Assembly: GCA_002633005.1 (NCBI GenBank)
Contig: NMRA01000361.1
Coordinates: forward strand, 335,344-399,343
From: Phoronis australis
Lineage: Eukaryota; Animalia; Phoronida
Direction: 5' to 3'
Length of the DNA stretch: 64,000 nt
The position numbers were made by a program, and so were the translations under genes. The notes below the pieces were generated by a model. That model was given only the letters and a program-made list of their open reading frames with translations, was not told the origin of the DNA and made no database searches. Below, in pieces: positions 54,391 to 64,000 of the stretch. Positions within the stretch are counted from its first letter, which is position 1; the number at the start of each line of letters is the position of its first letter.

Positions 54391-54525
54391 GCGCCTTTCT
54401 GCTTCCTTACGCAGTGATGTTGGTATTCGGCGGCCTGCCACTGTTCTATCTCGAACTGGCGCTAGGACAATACCAAAGATGCGGGTGTATCACAGTGTGG
54501 CGAAGGATTTGTCCCGCATTTAAAG
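54391..54525 (+). CDS. SLC6A4: SERT-like exon 2 (135 nt)
   Basis: [44 protein letters not shown], with the SERT-type GC motif; ttttgtag acceptor and gtaaga donor. Confidence 0.94.
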
Positions 54526-56431
54526 GTAAGACATACTGTTGGTGGGATCCTCGTAGTCGTCATATCTTTGGCACGACACACGCTGGGTTTGTTGGCATCA
54601 AATTTCAGTTGAATATTTTAATGAAAAATACTCATTGTCAAGAGAGTTCAATATGAATGATCACTGCAGATAACTGAGTTCTTCTTCTCTTGTGAGACAG
54701 CAAAGACTGTTGTAGAACAAGTGTGAAAGCAATTGGTCATTAATGATAATTTATCTGTGACATTATAGTCTTGAAATGACTTGGCTGATTTCTGAGCATT
54801 CTTCGAGTGTGTGAAAAACACCAAGTCTTATTTGCCGTGTATGCAGTTGGCAATAGCTGGCATCACAACACCAGATGGCGTAGTCAGTACAAAATGAAAA
54901 ATTTAACGTTGCATGCCCATTGTGTCAGTTTTTAAACTTTTCTCAGGATTGTTTTCACACTTCGGTCAATGAAAGCAACATTTTGTAGAATCTAGGTTTC
55001 TTAATTTAATTTGCACTCGAATGTCCTAGTGAAGTATGCGAGTGCCAATTTAAAAAGTTTGTAATGGATATTTTATAGTTCAAATACAAGTTATCAGAAT
55101 GAATTACGAGTAATTGAGCGAATTATTATATTTTTGTTCCAAAAAGAACGACAACTTTGTTCACCACTTACTTATAGTATTGTACATGTCATTATGTATA
55201 AGTAAAAGCTTGAATCAATTTTTAATTCAAGAGTAAGTTTCGAATTAACAGATCACTTCAAAACTTCGGGCCGTGCGGTACTTTTGCCGGTTTGCGTATA
55301 CTGCTAGAGTAAATCGCGTCCAACGGATGCTGAAAGGCTAAGGTCGATAAATATAAACAAGTGTGATTGTCTGCTGATGTCATCCTTTTGTGGCCAATCA
55401 AAATGCTAAACCTACAATAACATTGAGATCAACTTGACTTTATTCAGGACTGTTTAGACAAGCAATTACATTTGATGTTCACTGGCTTTTTCTCGAGACC
55501 AGCTCCTCAACATACAGCCCAGTTGTCGCAAACTTCTGTCTAATCTAGTTGAAGAGTACCGACCGCCATCTTTCTCACTGGGTGCTACAATTAGATATCG
55601 ATGAAGTGTATGACGTATAATGGAACTATTGTGTTGTCACACCGCGGAATTTGCAATTACAGCACATACATAGATCAGTCTTGAGTAAAATAACACAAGT
55701 CAACTGACTGTAAGCAGGTAAGGCCATAAGCAGTGATAGGACAGCCTTGCCGTCGGCTTATTCGTAATACAAAAATTTCAGGAATGGGTTTTCAGGTGTG
55801 TCCGAGCAAAGTTCTCCACGAACGCAGAATATATATAGAAATAAGATGTCGTTTATTATGACATAGAATATGAAGAACAGTAAATTAAATACAATAATGT
55901 AAATATAATAACATAAAAATATAATACAATAGACAGGGAAGATAGGCGGTCAAGTGAACCTTACAATAATCATATAATAAAATGACTAGAAATTGTCTTT
56001 GCAGTCATTTTGTAATATAAGCCCGTCTGTCGATTTCCCTGAAAACTTGGACTTCTACGTTATATATTGGTCAACGCGTAGCAGCGGCGATGAGTGGTTT
56101 GGTTTATGTCGCAAAAAATCACAAGATTGGATGACAAACCATTTACCAGAATTAGCAAGATCTGCTGGCTGCAGCCTTGGTAATCGTGAAGTAGAGCGCT
56201 ACCTATCGGTACATCGGTGAAGTTGCAAGATTCGTCTCTTAGTCCGTGACGTTTTACCAAAAGGAAAAAATCGAAAAATAGCGCCTATGCGTCTTTCAAA
56301 GTCGACAACAGACTTTTCTTTTTGCCATCAGGTGAAAATGTCTTGGGTTGGAAGCGATCGAAAAAGATGCATAATTATGGAAATTCAACGATTTTAATCA
56401 ATATCATGTACCGTGCCCACTACTCTTAAAT

Positions 56432-56447
56432 TCATCATCATCATCGC

Positions 56448-56510
<63 letters not shown>

Positions 56511-56845
56511 CGTCATCGATATCGTCATTGTTGTCATCTTTGCCATCTCCATCATCAACATCATCATCATCACATTCACCATTCCATCATCATCATCACC
56601 ATCATCATCACCGTCACTGCCATTATCACCATCATCATTTCTATCATCATCGTCATCATCAACACCATATCTGTCATCATCATCATAACTTCATGAGAAT
56701 TNCGCCTCCATCATCACCACCACCATCATCATCATCAACATCATCATCATCATCATCATCGTCATAGTTATCTTCATCACCACCTTCATCGTCATCATCG
56801 TCTTTATTGTCGTCATCTCAGTCATTGTCAATGTGGTCGTCATCC
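56432..56845. repeat. (CAT/CGT)n trinucleotide microsatellite with an assembly N at 56702
   Basis: Long imperfect (CAT)n tract; it explains the poly-His, poly-Ser, poly-Ile and poly-Met ORFs. Confidence 0.95.
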
Positions 56846-58560
56846 TCTCCACAGTCTTATACACACAGGAAGCCAACGTAAGGTTAAGGAAGATTGTTCG
56901 ATAGAAAAACCGAAATCCTAAACGACTGAATGCGAGGCAGGTAGAAAATACATTTCATATGTCATTATGTCATATGTTTTGAGACGGAAATAATTCGGGG
57001 GTATGTTTTGGTAAGAGCAATCAATAAGCCGGGAAAACACATGAGTACATCCAGTCTCTCCAAAAGGGAAGAACGGCAAATGTTGAAAATTAGTTTTCAT
57101 TTGAAAACCAAATCCTTAGGCCTATATTCGGAACTGTTGCAATTATAAGGCTTGCAAATATACTTGGGCCTGTTCACAGAAATTCCCAGTACTGTGACTA
57201 ACGCAAACTGATAAAAAGTGATCATCGAAATAGCTTCAAAAGATCAATACTTCCAAATAATCACAGGGTAATAGCATCACAATGAATAATTATCGAATAA
57301 TATGCATAGCTAAAACTTGAGATTATTCTCAATCGATTACAAGCCCTCTAGTCTAAGGCGCGCTGGCTTATAACAACTTTGTCCCTCAACCACTGTCATT
57401 AGCAGGACGTATTCTTGCAAAACACTGCTCTTTATAAAGTAATTTCCTCTCAGGAATAACTTCCCGCAGATGCGGAGTAAGGCTTTACATGCAATGGTCA
57501 GCACTGCCTAAGGAGTGAAATGCGATATTAATCATTAATCATTGAAATGTTTATATTAGATTAAAACACTTCGTATAGTTAAAAAAACAAGACATTAAAT
57601 TTGTGTCAGTGGATAATTCAAGACACGTCGAACAGAAACAAACTATCAAAATGCCGCTATGGTAGAAATACAGAACCCGTGGTTCAGATGACTGTTTCAT
57701 CCTTGACAAGAAGACGGAATGATTATCAAGATTCACCAGTCCTGCTTACGTGTCTTAGAATTCATAAAATCTCACATACATTGCATCGCCACAGATATGA
57801 AGATCTTGTCGTGTTGATCGATCAAACCCAATTAATAGTGATTTATATGCTAAATAACTCGTTATTGTCTCTGCAGCCATTAATTCAGTGGTCCCAATTT
57901 CTGCCGTTATTCTTTCTGTGTTAAAACGTGTGTAATTCCCCCGCGTTAGAAACCAACTGTCTAAAAACTTCACTCGTAATTCAAAAAATTTCTTGTGAGT
58001 TCATCCGGGCTCTAAATCCAGTTGTTGAACTCAAACTCGAACGTCATCATAATTTTGACTTCTTTCCCTTTAAATAGGAAATCGAGTTAAGTGTCTGAGT
58101 TTGCAATCGAATGTGTAATGATTTATGTAGATGAGTACGTGATTCAAGTGGGTTCTTCATTACTCCGATGTAAGTTGACGCTCCATATTAAAGTTCGAAC
58201 ACGAAATTAGGAAGGTGTACGTAACTCCAGGGGTCATCTGGTGCGAACTAAGATTCTATACTCAACTGAACAAATCATAAAGTACGCGAGCTGAAAATCA
58301 AAGCTGCTTATCCCAAGTTTACTGACACTCAACTAAACCAAAACGTGTGTCAGTTGGTAACTGACTTTCGTAGTCATTGCCTCTGTTCTAGATTACTTTC
58401 ACTTCTAATAGCAATTTTAAATAGATAAATACATTTTTAAGAAATTGAGTACTAGAAAAATACAGAATATATACATTCCTACCAGTCATTTCACAGTCAC
58501 AATAACATAAACAACATAACTGTAGTAACATGGTACTTTGTATGCTCTCCGACCTAGGCT

Positions 58561-59511
58561 CTGATTTGACTCTGACTCTGACTTTCTGATTCTAGGCATT
58601 GTCTATCCACTGACAATGCCTTCCAATTTGTCCTGTCTCTTGCCGCTCTCATCCACGTTATGCCTCTCGTCTTCACGATGTCATCTCTCCATCTGGCTTG
58701 GGGCCGTCCTCTTAATCTCTTTCCATATCTGGGTTGCCACTCTGTGCATCTTTTTGTCCATCTGTTGTCCTGTGCTCTGGCGACGTGTCCGCCCCACCTC
58801 CATTTCCATTTCAGCATTGTCTTGATTAAGTCCATGACTCTTGTTTGTTCCCTTATCTCTGTGTGTGGAATCCTGTCTCGATGTGAATTCTGGCGGTGGC
58901 ATCTGTATATATATTTGGCAGCAGTTTTACATATGTTTCATTTATGTTGATGTTTTTTAGGGCTTCAATGATGGGAAAGTGTTTGATTGAATCAAAAGCC
59001 TTTTCATAGTCTATAAAACCAACACACAGTGGTAGGTTAAATTCGTTACATTTTTCAATTGTTTGTCCAAGGGCTTGCAGATGGTCTGTTGTTGAGTAGC
59101 TCTTTCTAAGCCCTGCTTGTTCTCGGGGTTGATTTTCATCCAGTTGTTTCTCCATTCCATTTTGTAATAGCCTTGTGAACAGTTTGTACATGTATGTATG
59201 GGCTAATAAGCTTATGAGTCTATAGTACTTTATGTCACTTCCGTCACCTTTTTTAAATAATATTATTATTTTTGCTTCTTTCCAGCATTCAGGAATGTTT
59301 TGGGTCCTTAGAATTACATTGAATGCTTTTGTCAAGTATTTGATTATTTCTTGTCCTCCTGCCGAAATTATATAGCATGAAATATCATCATGTCCTGGTG
59401 CTTTTCTTTTCATCCTTCTGAGGGTATGTTCTACTTCCTCCTCAGTAAAAGGTTGTACTTGTTCTGTGTTTAGATTCCTGGTTCCCATCTTTTCTGGGGG
59501 ATTCATCGTTT
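58561..59511 (-). mobile_element. RTE-clade LINE fragment (5'-truncated, internally deleted RT) in SERT intron 2
   Basis: KAPGHD, WKEAKIIILFKKGD, YRLISLL, QPREQAG and FIDYEKAFDSI RT motifs, then C-terminal KWRWGGHVAR...RGRPQARWRDDI and a short (GAGTCA)n tail. Confidence 0.93.
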
Positions 59512-61881
59512 TCTCATATAAAATTTTGTAGGAATCGGTACATATTTTGAGTATTTCTCCTCTGATCAGCCTTCAGCAAAATTTGGCTCATCCAGTGTTC
59601 AAAATCGTCATTTTTGTTTATTCCCATCCCGAGGTTTGGTAAAACTGGTCTCGCAAGTCTTCTTACGTTGAACATGCAAACAAAAATGAACTTCGTCCCA
59701 TAAAGCATTTCCTTCACAAAGAAATCACTTTCTTTGCTCTTTACAGATTCCCAACTGTCCCCCCTTCCCAATAATTAACAGGCGATTTGAACAGCGATAC
59801 TTCTGAATACTATCCCGCGTATTGCTGTGACATTCATCTCAGTTAAAGTTTTTTAAAACGTGCATGCACAGATACTCAATTTACTCGTTCATAATACTTT
59901 TGTAAGCCAGCTTTGATCATCAACGCATCTCATAACCACAAGAGATGTAATTTCTTTTACTGTTTATCAGAGTACAACCATACTTTACGTTAGAGTTAAG
60001 AGATAACAGTTGTATTACGCAGTTATGACTGTACACCAACGAATATAAGCAAAGTACCAAGTCACATACGAACCTCACAATCGCACAGGTATCAGATGTC
60101 TAGACTTTCAGTTACAAGAGACCACCTATTTTCAAATTCAATAAACTCACATTTTTTATAAAAAATATAATTTTCAACTTTAAAATAATTTAGAAGTTCT
60201 ATTTTAGTCGATCTAAATTGGGGGAGGGTAAATTGTTTAGTGTACTTTTGAATATGTGAAAGTTAGTTAAACAAATAATGAGGTTATTCAATAACAATAT
60301 ACAATCTTATCTCCTACACCTTCGTTGTAGCCGCATGCATAAATGAAGCCCAACAATCTTTGTTGTTCCTTGCCACCTGGTGTTGAAATTTGTAGCTATG
60401 TAGAATATACCTAGCTTCGCCTTCTGTTATCAATTTCAACCAGTATTTAATTAGCGTGCATAGTCTTTGAGAACGCGATTTGCGTTTTCCACGTCCCCCT
60501 AGCTGTCACATTTGGCACATTTTTTCCTAGTTGCTGTAAGAATTACAAAACTTATTTTGAATAATTTCTACATTTTTACCCTCCATATCTTGGCACCGTA
60601 ATTAACATATCGCCAGCAATACCAAAGTGTCAAATTTGCAAGTCGTAAACACGACTGGAATACTATGTGTCAAAGCGCGTTTCGGATAAAAAGTAATCGG
60701 TTAGCTGTGTAGTGATTAATAACAAGTTAATTACTGTAATAAAAATACGTCATTGGCGTGCTTATCATTATGTTCATTAGTACCTATTGTCAAACCCCGA
60801 AGAGCTTGGCAAGACGTGTTCCGTGTCCCTTTGACTTATAAGCAATTAGTTATAGAGATCCGTACGTGTTAATATCGCACTTAGAAATGCGATAGTTTTG
60901 ATGAGCAATTGAGATTAAGTGTTAACGAGATATGTTTGTTTACTAATACACTTGATTGTTAACAGATTAGTGCATTTCTTGATTGTACAATAAGAAAGTT
61001 CGAGAACATCAAAACAAAAATTATAAGAAAAACACATGTACTTTCCGTCGAAGGATAACCTTTACCGACTTCGTTTTTGTTCAATATCGGCATTCGTAAT
61101 TAAAAAACAAAAGTTAATAGCAGTTCGTGGGATTCACAAGCCTTAAAAATTGATAATGTTTTCCTATATCGAATGTCAAGTGCTCAAAAATGACCCAGCT
61201 GTTCTTAGGTGATCTCAGTGTGTAAGGTTATAGGAAGATGCAATACGTTTGAACAACTTTTGTCTTTCATTGAAAAAATAAACAAACAAAAAACTCACTG
61301 GAATTTCATTTATGAATAATTAAAGTCTCCTGCAGCACACATTTCTACCTTTTTAAAATGATTGTTTTTATAGCCCACTGTTCCCGTCTGTGAGTGATGA
61401 CGTCAATGCTCGACACAGGTGAAAATGTCCTCTCGAAAAGAAGCATGCTTGTAAACGTATTTTCCGATTTGGGATCTTAAAAAGTGACGACCAAAAAACC
61501 CCCATAATTCCGTTCGGCGCCCATACAAGTGAGGCCAATTTTCTTTTCGTATCTTACATTTCCACTCGTATTTTCGAGCGTTTACTCGCTTACGTTGAAC
61601 GTTACAAAATAAAACATTCTTACTAAGAATAACCATGACATTTTCTGCTCAATTTTGTACCTTTATGTGTTATTGGCGTGTTAATAAGTCCAGTATGTAC
61701 TCAAAATTTTGCACAGTTGCTGGCAAACGGATATACGCAGTCCCAAAATTGTTTTGTTTCAGTGTGAATTCGAACCTCAAGGATGGCGCTGCTTAGGGCT
61801 TTAAAAATGGCTTCAAGACCACTAAGTGACACTCGGGTTATGTGTTCAGAGTTCTTGCACCATTGTTTTGTTCTGTCGCAG

Positions 61882-62110
61882 GTATTGGGTTCGCCATCTG
61901 CGTCATTGCCTCCTACGTAGCCTTCTACTACAACACGATCATCGCCTGGTCATTGTACTATCTCGTACACTCCTTCCGCAGAGAAGTCCCGTGGAAGACG
62001 TGTAACAACACGTGGAATACTGACAATTGCACACTGTTTGACGACTTCGTACAGAACACATCACTGTCTAATAACAGCTACAGAACAACCGCAACACAGG
62101 AATTTTTCAA
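61882..62110 (+). CDS. SLC6A4: SERT-like exon 3 (229 nt; TM3 and EL2)
   Basis: [49 protein letters not shown]...QEFF; EL2 disulfide cysteines and N-glycosylation sequons; gtaagg donor. Confidence 0.94.
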
Positions 62111-62540
62111 GTAAGGTTAATTTCCTTAAGTCAAATATGTGTTTGATAAACATTCTATACATATTTAATGGAGTGAAATAGACAGTTCTTCTTTTACATA
62201 CGATTTGGATGATGGATGCAGTCAAACATTGTTAAAGTGCGCATCCTTAATATAACCACAAAAAAATCAGACTCTCTTGAAAAAAAGCACGTTCTTAGAA
62301 AACATTATATCTTTCACAATTTCTTGCCGAATTACGAGATTTACTTGCAATATTTGTAACGCGCGCAGTGTGTGTGCGCCATCAACAAGAATTAATTGAG
62401 TGGTCGTGGTTCAGAACCAGAAGCATTTGTACATTTTGTCAACTCCAACACGCGGTTATCGTCTTCTTGCATGCGTAATTTCGTCATTTGTTATTAATCA
62501 TTTAAAACCTGCTGAAACAAAGATGTTTTATAATTTTCAG

Positions 62541-62679
62541 CCGCGCAGTTCTAGAGGTACAGAAGTCTCACGGAATAGAAAACGTTGGTCCCATCAAATG
62601 GTCGATCGCACTCTGTCTTTTGGCTGTCTTTGTTATTGTTTACTTTTCGATTTGGAAGGGAGTGAAATCTTCAGGAAAG
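62541..62679 (+). CDS. SLC6A4: SERT-like exon 4 (139 nt)
   Basis: [46 protein letters not shown]; ttttcag acceptor and gtacac donor. Confidence 0.94.
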
Positions 62680-63583
62680 GTACACTGTATATGACCTCTG
62701 TGACACATTGACTCTAAATTGTTGGAAACGTGTCTCTTTTAACTATACATAAAATACCAACATTCACAAACGCTGGACGCCAGCTGTGAAAATCTCCATT
62801 TCATAGGTGGCGCAGTAAGTTTATGATTTGAAAGAGGATGTTATAATTTTTAGAACAGACTACATCTCAAAACCATTAAAAAACGTGCACTATCAGATGT
62901 TTATGTGTTTTGTCGAACTGAGAAAGTTTTCAGTGACCCTAAATTACCTTATAACTATGTGTCTTCATTTTCTACAATCGTTTTACCCTCAGATATCCTA
63001 CGCCACTAATTGTGGGTCTTTATGTTATAAATATTGGGTCACACAATATTGATTTTAGATTTGATCTCATTTAAACGAAGCAAGCATTAACTATCATGGT
63101 ATTAACAAGACGAATGTAGTTACCATTTTATTTCGTTTGGTCACGTCACTGTTCATATAGAGGCTCTACAGAAAGATATTTTGCATTTGGTGATATTTGG
63201 ACAAAAGCATTATTAATGATGGCAACCTCTCTGAATTGTTTTCCTTTTATGTTCTGTGTATTCTTCAATAAATATACATCACTTGAAAACAAACTCTTAT
63301 GGCTATAAAATTGGTCTCAACTTGTTCCTTACTAAGATGAGAAACGACATCTGCCTGAGATGATGCTCAACACATGACACTCTGCGACAAGTTGACTTGT
63401 ACATCCAGGTCAGCTCTTACATAGCCCGGAAATCGTCTCCGTCTAATTTGAGTAACAACATTTTCTAGACCAATGTCATAAGAATACGTGATCTAAGCCA
63501 GATCTGGTTTATGTGACGGAAGGCGTCTCATAGTCTTTTTAACCGATTTCTGTTAATATGAACGTGGTTTGGTTTGTTTACAG

Positions 63584-63718
63584 GCTGTGTGGGTGACAGC
63601 TACACTGCCCTACGCCATCCTCTTGATACTGCTTATACGCGGTGTCACCCTCACCGGGGCTATGGAGGGCATCAAGTACTATCTGTCGCCACAATGGGAC
63701 CGTCTTCTCGACACGTCG
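63584..63718 (+). CDS. SLC6A4: SERT-like exon 5 (135 nt); gene continues beyond the window
   Basis: [45 protein letters not shown]; ttacag acceptor and gtgagc donor. Confidence 0.94.
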
Positions 63719-64000
63719 GTGAGCTCTGTTGGCAACTTATCAGTGACCTAAATTGGCAAATCTAAATGGTGAATCTAGACCATCATTATATTTTTGAAGC
63801 TAAGTAAGCACTGTAATCAGGATAACAGAGTCCCTGTGTTTTCAAAAAAATACTAACTTTTGACATCGCACACTTGGCGTTATAAAACGTGTTCCTCGTT
63901 CTGACAGGAAAAAAATTCTGGGTACAGCAACACTTCGCCAGAGATGTTGTCATGTACTTAAAACGAGAACACGTGGTTTCGGCTAGATTTTAGCGAGGTC

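Noticed and set aside
56394-56876. Poly-His, poly-Ser, poly-Ile and poly-Met ORFs
   Set aside because: They are translations of a (CAT)n microsatellite inside SERT intron 2.
50111-63718. Calling the SLC6 gene a dopamine or octopamine transporter
   Set aside because: [21 protein letters not shown] and [11 protein letters not shown] are SERT-type, although WGKKIDF and GFAVD are shared with DAT.

Overview
This is eukaryotic, AT-rich, intron-rich DNA from an invertebrate animal. The repeat families and protein sequences look lophotrochozoan, which is an inference. Three spliced genes can be rebuilt by hand with canonical GT-AG junctions and continuous reading frames. (1) CBFB, core-binding factor beta, minus strand, 5 coding exons, 20462->13931, about 188 aa. 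(2) PHAF1/C16orf70 (UPF0183), plus strand, 14 coding exons, 23302->38051, 420 aa, divergent from CBFB. (3) The first 5 coding exons of a serotonin-transporter-like SLC6 gene, plus strand, 50111->63718, continuing past the window. The rest is introns and intergenic DNA containing MITEs, an internally deleted Academ-like DNA transposon, a Penelope GIY-YIG fragment, an RTE LINE fragment, mini/microsatellites and two N-joined duplications that look like assembly artefacts. The most notable observations: three Helentron/HINE-like repeats carrying co-oriented arrays of CTCF-consensus motifs roughly every 140 bp; CBFB-PHAF1 adjacency, which also holds in human; tandem duplications of real splice sites in both genes; and a candidate small spliced ORF between CBFB and PHAF1. 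Most entries in the supplied ORF track are not genes.
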